Of a DNA stretch of 64,000 nt, positions 26,856 to 35,661 are shown piece after piece. Below the pieces are notes generated by a model that ran no database searches, was not told the DNA's origin, and was given only the letters and a program-made list of their open reading frames with translations. The translations under genes were made by a program, and so were the position numbers. Source of the DNA: a virus; the IMG/VR virus record IMGVR_UViG_3300031992_000005, positions 32,001 to 96,000 of that record. One strand, written 5' to 3'. Position 1 is the first letter of the stretch, and every line of letters starts with the position of its first letter.

Positions 26856-27695
26856 TTACTTTGATTTAAGAAATTTTTTTGAAATTTTATCTAATATTTC
26901 TCTGTAAACAGAGAATCGTACTTCTCTTTCTTCGCGATTTTCCAGGAATTCTTGTAAATCTCCAGGAAACGCGACAGATGATTTTTTTATTTCACTCAAC
27001 ATTACAAAATCACTTTTTGATAAAGCATGATTTGATGTATATGTTGTAAAAACATTGTTTAATCTACAATTGTCGTATTCGTTTATAAGGTATTCAAGGC
27101 TTGTCTTAATACACCTATTGTTACGATAAATTGGACTATTCGATGAGGGATCAATAAGACTATGTAATTCAAATTCACAAGTACGTCTCGATCCAACATC
27201 AGACACTGTTCTATTCAACAGTGATATCATATTGATTAAACTGACAAACGAATACTTGGGATTATTCTTATGAGCTTTTATAAACTCATGAGCCTCAAAT
27301 AGTAAGAGGTTGTATGGGAATTCATACAGTAGCCTAGTCCAGGCTAGTATGAACTTGTGGTATAATTTTCTACCACCTACATGAAATGCAATTCTAACAT
27401 ATTTATGATTTTGCCATGTATAATCCCCTACCAGTACTTTTGACTCTTTACCTATCAGCTTGAGCCCAAGTTTTACATAGTTCCTAATGAAAGTCTTATC
27501 AAATGGGGCAAAATTGCTATAATGATTTTTCTTTATAGATTCATTTGTCGTATCGACAAGAATTCTATATGTAGAATCAAGCTCACTCTCCGGACTATTA
27601 AAGATGGTTCCGAAGCATGCATGACTATGAAAATTCTTATCTTCTTCTCCTATACAATAAATTGTACGATAACTAATGCATCTCCAATAACTCAT
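26856..27695 (-). CDS. hypothetical protein, paralogue of 27702..28610
   Basis: Shares YHKFILAWTRLLYEFPYNLLLFEAHEF..HKNNPKY with AHKYALFYLRRAYEFPFNMILMDVYRIRRNNPKL in its neighbour. Confidence 0.6.
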   Translation of the reverse strand: MSYWRCISYRTIYCIGEEDKNFHSHACFGTIFNSPESELDSTYRILVDTTNESIKKNHYSNFAPFDKTFIRNYVKLGLKLIGKESKVLVGDYTWQNHKYVRIAFHVGGRKLYHKFILAWTRLLYEFPYNLLLFEAHEFIKAHKNNPKYSFVSLINMISLLNRTVSDVGSRRTCEFELHSLIDPSSNSPIYRNNRCIKTSLEYLINEYDNCRLNNVFTTYTSNHALSKSDFVMLSEIKKSSVAFPGDLQEFLENREEREVRFSVYREILDKISKKFLKSK

Positions 27696-27701
27696 ATAGC
27701 A

Positions 27702-28610
27702 TTATTTTCTAAAATGTTGTCTAACTATATCGTAAATTTCTAGGTATCGATTATTTTTTGCCTCAATTATTTGAGGCTTTAACCAATTTTCTAGGTTACC
27801 TTCTATATCTGTCCCTAAAAGACTTTCTTTTACTAACCTTGTCGAATTATTTGAGAAATATTTCCTAGCAGTTTCCTCTGTAGAAATTGATTTCAAAAAG
27901 TCCTTTGATTTTTGATAACTAACCCAAGACTTTATTTCATCTGTTCCCGTCAGATAATCTAGCCTGTTAGATCTTCCTCCAAAATCAAAATTATCCAATA
28001 AGTTACGAATTTCTTTGTTACTGAACATAAAGCTTCTTGGACCAAAGTTTATATCATGTCCAGAAACAGGAGTAGCAAAAGCTAGTTGATATATTGAATA
28101 TAAGGTCTGCAAAGGTATTCTCCATAACTTAGGATTATTTCGTCTAATCCGATATACATCCATTAATATCATATTAAATGGAAATTCATAAGCTCTTCTT
28201 AAATAGAAGAGAGCATACTTGTGAGCTATAGGTCTACTGTTTATCGTAAAAGATACCTCAAACGCTGGATAACGCTGTATAAAAATATCTTCTATTCTAA
28301 TATCAGATATATCTACTATCTTCACTAACGTCTTGATATACTGTAATAACTGTCTCTTATTAAAGAAACACTTATTATTTATTGAAGAACTGAGTAATTC
28401 TTCTTTATGAGCATCAAGAAATACAAGACTATATCTCAATTCAACTCTCTGATAGCTAGTTATCTTATTTTCTGCTATCTTAGCATCGAAAGCTGAGAAT
28501 ATGGTATTGAAACAAGCACTGTTAGCTACATACCCAACTCCTGTGCTATGAAGGAGCTTTCCTTTATACTTATATAAAGTCTTGAAATTCAAAAACCTAA
28601 ATTCGTTCAT
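27702..28610 (-). CDS. hypothetical protein, paralogue of 26856..27695 (start refined)
   Basis: The 18-codon N-terminal extension in the track (to 28664) is the upstream terminator hairpin read as protein. ATG at 28610 (MNEFRFLNF...). Confidence 0.6.
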   Translation of the reverse strand: MNEFRFLNFKTLYKYKGKLLHSTGVGYVANSACFNTIFSAFDAKIAENKITSYQRVELRYSLVFLDAHKEELLSSSINNKCFFNKRQLLQYIKTLVKIVDISDIRIEDIFIQRYPAFEVSFTINSRPIAHKYALFYLRRAYEFPFNMILMDVYRIRRNNPKLWRIPLQTLYSIYQLAFATPVSGHDINFGPRSFMFSNKEIRNLLDNFDFGGRSNRLDYLTGTDEIKSWVSYQKSKDFLKSISTEETARKYFSNNSTRLVKESLLGTDIEGNLENWLKPQIIEAKNNRYLEIYDIVRQHFRK

Positions 28611-28620
28611 ATTGAATTTA

Positions 28621-28658
28621 AATAAAAAAGTAGAGTACCCCCACAGAAGGTACTCTAC
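28621..28658 (-). terminator. strong intrinsic terminator
   Basis: Perfect 10-bp stem GTAGAGTACC/GGTACTCTAC (28630-28639 with 28649-28658), followed on the minus strand by TTTTTTATT, about 20 nt after the stop at 28679. Confidence 0.75.
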
Positions 28659-28678
28659 ATACAAACGGTTACTTAATC

Positions 28679-29806
28679 TTAGTCTTCGTCGTCTTCAGCT
28701 TCCTTTTCCTTTTCTGGCTGCTTTGCCTCTTCTGGAGCTGGCTGTGGTTGAGGCTGAGCCTGACCACCGAACAGACCACCAAAGAGTCCGCCACCGTTAC
28801 CATTTCCACCGAAAGCGCCGAACGCCTGCATCATCAACAAATCCTTGAAGCTAGACTCGTCACCGTCCTTGTCACCCAAGAAGGCCAACATTGCCAAGTT
28901 ATTTGGAGCCACCTGACCATTGTTCTGGCTGAGGAGCATGAGTGGAAGGAGCTTTGAGAACTTTCCTTCACCTTCACCTTCATCGTCGTTGAGCGCCAAA
29001 AGCATCATAGGGTTGATACCACCACCGAAATTACCTGCGAGCGGAGAAACTACTACACGAACGTAGCTCTCGTTGAACAGGAAGTCCTTAATGGTGTGGA
29101 TAGTCTTGCCCGAACCGGTATAGCTGATCGCCTTGATCTTACCGAATTCGCCGATCTTAATGATCTTAGCAAAACTTCTGTCAAGAGCGATAACGTCACC
29201 CACCTGCAGCTGAGCCTTAGGCTTGCTGATTGTGTAAACTGGAACTGGAAGCGTAAACTCTTTTGGATAAGAGATAAGCTCGTTGTTCTGATTGATTGTG
29301 ACGTAACCTTCGTCGGTTTCTACACAGATGTTACCATCCTGTGCTACTCGTACACCCTTCACCTCTCTTGGCATCAATGTGTCCTTGAGGCGAGCCATGC
29401 AACCTGAAATAGAAGAATTTTTCTTCATGCTGTTTTCCTCCTTGCTTGAATTGTTTGTTTTATTGAATACTGGGATTGCTTCCTTACACCAGGTCTCGTA
29501 ACGAACTCTGTTAGCTACACTGGTGATATTTACTTTCTTAAGACCATAAGATCTCTGGAGTTCGTCAATGTACTCCTGATCTTCCGCAGAGAGCTCATCA
29601 ATAGACTTATCGAAAGTCTTAATGATGTAGAGCGAGTTACCTTTCTTCGTAATGATATTGTCGCCGGCATTTACACCTGTAAGGTGAGCATTGAGTTCTA
29701 CGTTTGCAATGTAAAACTTGCTGTTCTGCTGAGCGAACTTGATTACATCCTTGATGTTCTTAGGAACGAATCCTAGATTAGATGTATAGACAACAAATTT
29801 GTTCAT
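28679..29806 (-). CDS. hypothetical protein with G/L/M-rich C-terminal half and acidic tail (375 aa); GC-rich gene
   Basis: Intact ORF. The 3' two-thirds is conspicuously GC-rich with G/C-ending codons, unlike its neighbours. It has its own terminator. Confidence 0.7.
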   Translation of the reverse strand: MNKFVVYTSNLGFVPKNIKDVIKFAQQNSKFYIANVELNAHLTGVNAGDNIITKKGNSLYIIKTFDKSIDELSAEDQEYIDELQRSYGLKKVNITSVANRVRYETWCKEAIPVFNKTNNSSKEENSMKKNSSISGCMARLKDTLMPREVKGVRVAQDGNICVETDEGYVTINQNNELISYPKEFTLPVPVYTISKPKAQLQVGDVIALDRSFAKIIKIGEFGKIKAISYTGSGKTIHTIKDFLFNESYVRVVVSPLAGNFGGGINPMMLLALNDDEGEGEGKFSKLLPLMLLSQNNGQVAPNNLAMLAFLGDKDGDESSFKDLLMMQAFGAFGGNGNGGGLFGGLFGGQAQPQPQPAPEEAKQPEKEKEAEDDED

Positions 29807-29941
29807 TTTTTCTAAGATTTAAAATTTCGAAATTTATCTTGCTGTGGTCAAGAACCGTTTTAGCTATGCCTAATACATCTAATCTCAAAACTAATCGAAT
29901 AATATCTTTCATATTCAATTTTGTTTTAAAACTAATCTTAA

Positions 29942-29970
29942 TCATACATATGTAAGATTTTAACGGCTTC
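29942..29970 (-). promoter_or_regulatory. promoter-like motif
   Basis: The minus strand reads GAAGCCGTTAAAATCTTACATATGTATGA, about 135 nt upstream of the ATG at 29806, in a divergent intergenic region. Confidence 0.4.
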
Positions 29971-30010
29971 TCATTTTCCTCTTATTTTCACCTTACTTCT
30001 TTAATAATGT

Positions 30011-30832
30011 ATGATTGACTTTAAACTTAGAGAATGTGTATTTAAAAAAAGCACTAGAAAAAGAAAAAAGTTTTCAAAAAGAAGAAACTTTCTAGAGAAG
30101 TATGAAGGTTCACACATCGGTCATAAGAAGCTTCAAAAGCTTGCTGGATACTGGGGTAAAGGTAGAAAAATGATTCCGTACCTGACAACGATGGATGAAT
30201 TCTTTGCTTCTTATGAGGGGAAGGATTTCCAAGAGGCTTGTGAAGAATTTATTAGGAGATATAAGAAAAGTAGAACTAAGTATAAACTAAGATATCCATT
30301 ATCTGCTATATATACTCAATACCTATACGGTCATACATCTTACAGGTTTAAATTCTTTAAAGATAATTTTGGAATAATGCTCTTGAGTGCATCAGGTAGA
30401 ATAGGTATATTAAAGGACGGTACAATTAAGAGCTTTGATTTATACGATGCAAAAGAAACTTCAGACCAATATTACTCCTTTGTTAAGCTAAGAAGACAAA
30501 AAGAAGATTATGTATCTTATAATAAAAGATTCTTAAATACTTACTTGAATAGAATCAATCCAGACTCTAATTGGATTCAACCGCTCGGTAAATTATTTGT
30601 AGTAGATCTTGTGACAAAGAAAGTCATTCCTGAACCTAGGATGACCTATGTCATTAGAGTCCGTATGTATTCAGGGCGTTATATCGAATCCCTACCAAAA
30701 CTGAGTGTAGTTTTATCAACGTACACTAGGGTTGGTATAGCAGGAGAAAAAACAATCGGTATAATGGCAAGAGAAAGAAAAAATAATTATTATGTTTATT
30801 ATACATTAATAAAAAAGCCATATGTTAGGTAA
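30011..30832 (+). CDS. hypothetical basic protein (273 aa)
   Basis: Intact ORF with a K/R-rich N-terminus. Confidence 0.6.
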   Translation: MIDFKLRECVFKKSTRKRKKFSKRRNFLEKYEGSHIGHKKLQKLAGYWGKGRKMIPYLTTMDEFFASYEGKDFQEACEEFIRRYKKSRTKYKLRYPLSAIYTQYLYGHTSYRFKFFKDNFGIMLLSASGRIGILKDGTIKSFDLYDAKETSDQYYSFVKLRRQKEDYVSYNKRFLNTYLNRINPDSNWIQPLGKLFVVDLVTKKVIPEPRMTYVIRVRMYSGRYIESLPKLSVVLSTYTRVGIAGEKTIGIMARERKNNYYVYYTLIKKPYVR

Positions 30833-31361
30833 AATATATTTCTTAGTTAAGTCTAAGTTCGAAGAAATGGAAATATACCATAAAAAGATGACTGCACTTA
30901 GAGCAAAGATGGCTGTAGTTTATAAAAATTGTGGTAAATATAAACTACTGGTTATCTGGTCAGCAGTACCAATAAAAGAATTCTTCAGAAATTATGACGA
31001 TTATATAATAAAACCCATTGTAACTATTACATTTGCTTGTAGTATGTTACGTACTCCTGATAAAGTCTACGTAGAAGAATTCGATAGCGAGGAAGAATCG
31101 TTAGAAGCTTTGAATAAACTTTACACAAAAGAACAAGACGGCTGGAGAAGAATCGGATTTAAAGCGAGAAATGAGGAGGGTACACTCTACAGAGGACAAG
31201 ATATTCTTAGTCGTTCTGAATTTCTTACTAATATATTACTTGGTAGTGTGAGGGGAGATAGAATTAGGTTTGGGCGCTTTAACCTAATAGAAAAATGCCT
31301 GAATAGCTTAGCAGTTTTTTATAAGAAACAAGCCATTTTAAGAAAAAAGGAAGGGAATTAA
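30822..31361 (+). CDS. hypothetical protein (179 aa)
   Basis: Intact ORF overlapping the upstream gene by 11 nt. Confidence 0.55.
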   Translation: MLGKIYFLVKSKFEEMEIYHKKMTALRAKMAVVYKNCGKYKLLVIWSAVPIKEFFRNYDDYIIKPIVTITFACSMLRTPDKVYVEEFDSEEESLEALNKLYTKEQDGWRRIGFKARNEEGTLYRGQDILSRSEFLTNILLGSVRGDRIRFGRFNLIEKCLNSLAVFYKKQAILRKKEGN

Positions 31362-31376
31362 TCCCTTCTTTTTTTA
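31350..31376. terminator. bidirectional terminator embedded in convergent gene ends
   Basis: GAAGGGA-ATTAA-TCCCTTC hairpin with an A-run before it and a T-run after it. Confidence 0.6.
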
Positions 31377-32011
31377 TCGAAATCATTTTCTATTTCTTCA
31401 TATAATAAGTCTTCTTCAATTTCAACAGGATCTTCTACTGAAGGTTGAGGAAATTTTTTATTCTTTTTCTCTATGGCATTTTTTCCATTTCCCCACCTAA
31501 AGTTGAGCCAACCGTAGTATTCACCTTCATCCCACTTATAATTTTCAGGAACTTCTCCAGGTTTTCTGAATACACTGTCCATGAATAAAAGATTTCCTGT
31601 CTTATGAGGATAAGAGTAATTTTCTAAACCAACTCCTCCCACTTCAACCGGTTTATTTAGCTTAAAGTCTAGGACTAAATATCCCCACCAGTAATGATCC
31701 TTGTCATAAATATAGTTTTTATTGTATATATTATCACATATACAGTACAATCCAGTATTAGAAGACCTTGCCGTTTTCTCCCGATACCCATCTTTATTAA
31801 CTTTGTTAAGAACAGATATATTCTCATCAGGGCGTCTTACATCTTGATAAATTTCTTTTATCATTTCAATATCAGGCTTAAGCTCTTCTAGGGTATCTGC
31901 CTCAAACCTAGATTCCTTGATCCAACGAGAAGGCATCTTAAATATGTCTACTCCCCATTCTTGGGCTATTAAGACATATCTTTTAGTGTGTTCAAATGCT
32001 TTCCAATTCAT
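31358..32011 (-). CDS. hypothetical protein (217 aa)
   Basis: Intact ORF, W/Y-rich, with an acidic C-terminus. Confidence 0.6.
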   Translation of the reverse strand: MNWKAFEHTKRYVLIAQEWGVDIFKMPSRWIKESRFEADTLEELKPDIEMIKEIYQDVRRPDENISVLNKVNKDGYREKTARSSNTGLYCICDNIYNKNYIYDKDHYWWGYLVLDFKLNKPVEVGGVGLENYSYPHKTGNLLFMDSVFRKPGEVPENYKWDEGEYYGWLNFRWGNGKNAIEKKNKKFPQPSVEDPVEIEEDLLYEEIENDFDKKRRD

Positions 32012-32577
32012 TTTTCTTTTGGTTTTCTAAAACTTTCTTTAAGATCAAATCCATGAGCCTCTATTTTCTGATCATTAGACTGTATCATTACAGGACCTTT
32101 AGGATTTCCATACAAATCTTTAAGTAAACAAGCTTTACGTTCACTCAAGTTTTCGATCTTATAAGGGATAGCATCATCGAAAATTCTATTAACAACCTCG
32201 AATAAGTCGTTTATAAAATGGTCTTCAAAACCAATTTTATCAACTATCTCCCAAGGTCTCAGGTCAACTCCGATACTAACTCCATTACTGCTACTTATAT
32301 AAGTAATAGTGTACCTACAATTTCCTAGTAGGTTAATATACCAGTTAGTATAAACCCTAGATTGACCTGAAGCTGAACGATTCAGCTGATTCTCATAACC
32401 TATATAATAAAAGCCTAAGGGAGATTTTTTCTTAACCTTTTTATAATTGCTAGGATTGTAACGAATTTGATAATATCTATCTGAATGTTCAAACTCAATG
32501 CTGGATTTGTTACTAATACTTCCAACAAGTTTTTTTATCACTATGTGATTTTTATTGAATAATGTGATTTCTTTCAT
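32008..32577 (-). CDS. hypothetical protein (189 aa)
   Basis: Intact ORF with an ATGA overlap to the downstream gene. Confidence 0.6.
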   Translation of the reverse strand: MKEITLFNKNHIVIKKLVGSISNKSSIEFEHSDRYYQIRYNPSNYKKVKKKSPLGFYYIGYENQLNRSASGQSRVYTNWYINLLGNCRYTITYISSSNGVSIGVDLRPWEIVDKIGFEDHFINDLFEVVNRIFDDAIPYKIENLSERKACLLKDLYGNPKGPVMIQSNDQKIEAHGFDLKESFRKPKEK

Positions 32578-32603
32578 AACATTTATAAAGCTTTTAACGG
32601 AAC
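32578..32603 (-). promoter_or_regulatory. promoter-like motif abutting the start codon
   Basis: The minus strand reads GTTCCGTTAAAAGCTTTATAAATGTT and is followed directly by the ATG at 32577, so the mRNA may be leaderless or short-leader. Confidence 0.35.
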
Positions 32604-32651
32604 TGGACTCTGTATTACTTTAATTCCTTAATCTTGTTAAGGGTTAAAATT

Positions 32652-33017
32652 ATGTTTTCAACTTTATTAGAAATTCAATTTGATGAGGAATTAGAAAATA
32701 TCTACGTACGGAAATATTTTCCAAAAATTCCCTCTAAATACTCCTGGGATCTCACAAATCTATGGGCTAATAATGTATTCTCAGTGAGAGAAGGTCGAGT
32801 AACAGTTTGGTGGTTTAAAGATTGTTATAAAATAAAACCTAGGTTGAGTTTTTATCTTTGTCATAACGTCTTAGGTACACATGTTTGTCTTTCAAGAGAT
32901 ACACTAGATAAAGAATTTTATCATATAAGTACAATATACGAAGCAAATACTAGGTTCGTATTTTATGAATACACAAGAAACTGTTGCTTGTATACTGGCA
33001 AATTAATTGAATTATAA
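32652..33017 (+). CDS. hypothetical protein (121 aa; first ATG used)
   Basis: The track start at 32634 is TTG. The first ATG is at 32652 (MFSTLLEIQ...). Confidence 0.5.
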   Translation: MFSTLLEIQFDEELENIYVRKYFPKIPSKYSWDLTNLWANNVFSVREGRVTVWWFKDCYKIKPRLSFYLCHNVLGTHVCLSRDTLDKEFYHISTIYEANTRFVFYEYTRNCCLYTGKLIEL

Positions 33018-33042
33018 TCCCCATAAAACCTTATAAGTGTAC
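33018..33042 (+). promoter_or_regulatory. promoter-like motif
   Basis: TCCCCATAAAACCTTATAAGTGTAC, about 15 nt upstream of the ATG at 33058. Confidence 0.4.
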
Positions 33043-33057
33043 AAAAACTTAAACTTT

Positions 33058-33516
33058 ATGAAAACTAAAGAGAAATCAGGATTAGTGTTGGTAAGACCAC
33101 TTCCAAAAAAGAAAAAAACTTGCGAAGTTGTTAAGTTCAACGAAAAGGGACAGCAACCTACTACAACGAAAAAGAGTAAGATTGACGACCTGAAGCTAGA
33201 AGACTATAAGAGTTTTCCGGAATGTCTTAAGGCTCTTTATCCGGAGCATAAGTTTAGCTATCGTAACGGAGAAGACGGAAACTACTATACGATAATAGTT
33301 GATGGAGAAGAATCTGATATTACTCTATTTGGCTTCGAATTTATGCCTTCGGAACTAACCCCTGAGGTTGATCAGAGTAATTGGAGAGATTATCTCTTCC
33401 AGATCAACTGCTTCATTGTCGATCTTTACCTAATGGGAGAGAAAACCGATCTTAATGAGGAGGATGTTTACTTCGATGACCCTATGATCGATCCAATCGC
33501 CTTTTTTGATGTATAA
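33058..33516 (+). CDS. hypothetical protein (152 aa; first ATG used)
   Basis: The track start at 33037 is GTG. ATG at 33058 (MKTKEKSG...). Confidence 0.55.
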   Translation: MKTKEKSGLVLVRPLPKKKKTCEVVKFNEKGQQPTTTKKSKIDDLKLEDYKSFPECLKALYPEHKFSYRNGEDGNYYTIIVDGEESDITLFGFEFMPSELTPEVDQSNWRDYLFQINCFIVDLYLMGEKTDLNEEDVYFDDPMIDPIAFFDV

Positions 33517-33564
33517 AACTCTGTTACAGTCCTTAGAAGACCTTACTAAAAAGAAACCACAGTT

Positions 33565-34353
33565 ATGAATAAGGACGCAGTATATGTAATGAAATCACAG
33601 GATAAGACAGCAATCACTATTATCCTGATGAATACTAAATTACCAGTATCAGAAAAAGTACATAAGGCAATCGACAGTCTTAAGACAGTTTCAGATTTAA
33701 TATTCGTATTCTCTGATAGGTTTAGTGAATTTAATAAAGGGATCGATATTCCTAAATTTACTAACTTATATGAGGGATCATTTATTGTAGGTTCCGGACA
33801 AAATGTCATTTTCCCAGTCTTAGAGGCTATCAGTTATTCAGTGAATATCTTTAAGTGTAGAACAATAGTTATCACGGATATTGATAAGCTAGATAAGGGA
33901 AGTGATGTGACTAACCCAGAATGCTTACAAAAATTTACGAATCTGAATGCATCTTCCGTCATAAACCCGATCTTATCTATAGATAGACAGACTTCTAAAG
34001 ACCTATTTGAAATCTATCATACTATGGATACTATTTCGGGAAAAGAGAGGAAAAAGTTCTGGAAATTTTGGGAAGAAGAAAAGAAGCTGGATGAAGTTCC
34101 AACTTCACCTGATAGAAAAAATAGTTTATACCAATCAAGTAGTCAATTCATATTTCTACGAGGATATACTGCAAGGATATTATTCCCTGAAGTAGTATCT
34201 TCAAGAGAAGAAGGTAAAGAGGAGTTTGATGAATATGTTAAAACTTTCAGCGAACCAAATCTAAATTACTTCTTTGCGTCAATAATAAAGACTAGAGGTA
34301 TGGAGTACATTGATGGTGACTTCTTAAATATAAATTTCAATGGAAATTCATAA
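33565..34353 (+). CDS. hypothetical protein (262 aa)
   Basis: Intact ORF. No motif recognised. Confidence 0.6.
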   Translation: MNKDAVYVMKSQDKTAITIILMNTKLPVSEKVHKAIDSLKTVSDLIFVFSDRFSEFNKGIDIPKFTNLYEGSFIVGSGQNVIFPVLEAISYSVNIFKCRTIVITDIDKLDKGSDVTNPECLQKFTNLNASSVINPILSIDRQTSKDLFEIYHTMDTISGKERKKFWKFWEEEKKLDEVPTSPDRKNSLYQSSSQFIFLRGYTARILFPEVVSSREEGKEEFDEYVKTFSEPNLNYFFASIIKTRGMEYIDGDFLNINFNGNS

Positions 34354-34657
34354 ACAGAAGGGACACAATAGTGCATTCCCAGAAAAAATATTAACTTGGA
34401 AAAAGGGACAAAAAGTACCTGAATGGCTAAGCGATAAAGCGAAAGTTGTGGCTATCAACGGAATAGATGGGTCAGCCATACTTGGTACTAGAAATACTAG
34501 CTCTGGGGGAATCGAAATACTCGATTCCTCTGGGACTAGGGTCCTCGTAAGAACCTCAGGAGTGGATGATCTTGTTTGTATTAATGCAGATAACTTGATA
34601 TCAACTCCTTTTGTTCTTACTCCCATACAATTAAGTTTACTATATGAACGAAATTAA
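34340..34657 (+). CDS. hypothetical protein (105 aa)
   Basis: Intact ORF overlapping its neighbours by 14 nt each. Confidence 0.5.
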   Translation: MEIHKQKGHNSAFPEKILTWKKGQKVPEWLSDKAKVVAINGIDGSAILGTRNTSSGGIEILDSSGTRVLVRTSGVDDLVCINADNLISTPFVLTPIQLSLLYERN

Positions 34658-34946
34658 TGACATTTTCTCATTCTTAGATCATTCGATGGAGTGGTTAAAG
34701 AAAAGAGAAGTAACTAAAACTTCTGTTATAATAGAAGAATTGAAGAAGGCAAAAGAAATCCTACAAAAGGATTCTATAGATGACGATCTTAAGCTCTCCT
34801 ATTATAATAATATCAAAGAGAAATTCTTAGAGGTATCGAATAAGATGATTGAATTAAGTCAATTAGAAGACTCCCTATTAACAGCCTTTAGAATACTAGA
34901 AGAGAATGAGATCGATGATAGTGATAGTGAAGAGACTATCGAATAA
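34644..34946 (+). CDS. acidic coiled-coil protein (100 aa)
   Basis: Intact ORF with E/D/K/L-rich heptad-like sequence. Confidence 0.5.
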   Translation: MNEINDIFSFLDHSMEWLKKREVTKTSVIIEELKKAKEILQKDSIDDDLKLSYYNNIKEKFLEVSNKMIELSQLEDSLLTAFRILEENEIDDSDSEETIE

Positions 34947-35298
34947 TACATTTCGATTTTATTGTAAAAATGCAGATCGTGAGAGTTATAGAGAGTTATC
35001 AAATTACCGTTTTGACAAAGAGGAGGATAATAATATCATCACGATAATGGAGTCCGAAAATAATTTCCCAGATTATAAAATATCTCCAAATATATATTTT
35101 ATAATAATTCGGGAAAATGACTTTCTTTGGAAATTTGGAAAACTATCTGGTTACAATAACTATAACTTGGAAGAACAACTTCAGCTTCTCACAAGTAACA
35201 ATAAAGTCGCAAAAATAAAAAAAGCAAAATTAGTTGAAGTAAACAAAAACAATATAGTATATGAATTTAATTATAAAGTGTCCGATTTGTGGACATGA
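34906..35298 (+). CDS. hypothetical protein (130 aa)
   Basis: Intact ORF. The 41-nt overlap with the upstream gene makes the start uncertain. Confidence 0.45.
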   Translation: MRSMIVIVKRLSNNTFRFYCKNADRESYRELSNYRFDKEEDNNIITIMESENNFPDYKISPNIYFIIIRENDFLWKFGKLSGYNNYNLEEQLQLLTSNNKVAKIKKAKLVEVNKNNIVYEFNYKVSDLWT

Positions 35299-35626
35299 AA
35301 TGAAATTAGAAATAAAAGAATTACCAGAAGAGTCTATGTTCTTTGAGATTCTTCCAGCCGTTAGATACGCAGAAGCTAGTTGCCCAGAGTGTAATACTTG
35401 TTATAAGGGAAAACTACACGAAGAGGGTTCAAAGGAATATGAAGATCAAGAGTTCATGGCAAAAGAGGTACTAGAACGCATAGCTGAATTTGAAAAAGTT
35501 TCTAAAAAGATTAACCTACGAAAACTTGGTGCATTAATCCTTCAGCGTTATATGGCAGAAAAAACAGATGAATCCGAAATAACAGAAAAGGGTCTAATGG
35601 ACATTTTCGGATTTGAAAAATTCTAA
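35261..35626 (+). CDS. zinc-ribbon protein (121 aa)
   Basis: CPICGHEM ... CPECNTC forms a four-Cys ribbon. Confidence 0.55.
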   Translation: MNLIIKCPICGHEMKLEIKELPEESMFFEILPAVRYAEASCPECNTCYKGKLHEEGSKEYEDQEFMAKEVLERIAEFEKVSKKINLRKLGALILQRYMAEKTDESEITEKGLMDIFGFEKF

Positions 35627-35635
35627 GAATCTCAG

Positions 35636-35661
35636 AACCCCTTAAAATCTTATATATGTGG
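35636..35661 (+). promoter_or_regulatory. promoter-like motif preceding an ORF-free region
   Basis: AACCCCTTAAAATCTTATATATGTGG is almost identical to the 8924(-) box. Confidence 0.45.

Noticed and set aside
27702-28664. N-terminal 18 codons of the track ORF (MYVEYLLWGYSTFLFKFN).
   Set aside because: These codons are the terminator hairpin and T-run of the upstream gene read as protein. An ATG with normal context follows at 28610.
15924-29407. Further shadow ORFs: 15924..16244, 16758..17048, 21036..21242, 22754..22942, 24022..24216, 24370..24684, 24725..24910, 25036..25416, 25972..26190, 26346..26549, 26473..26814, 27522..27743, 28582..28848, 28748..28957, 29096..29407.
   Set aside because: They are antisense or out-of-frame within better-supported genes. 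The three inside 28679..29806 are favoured simply by the high GC of that gene.
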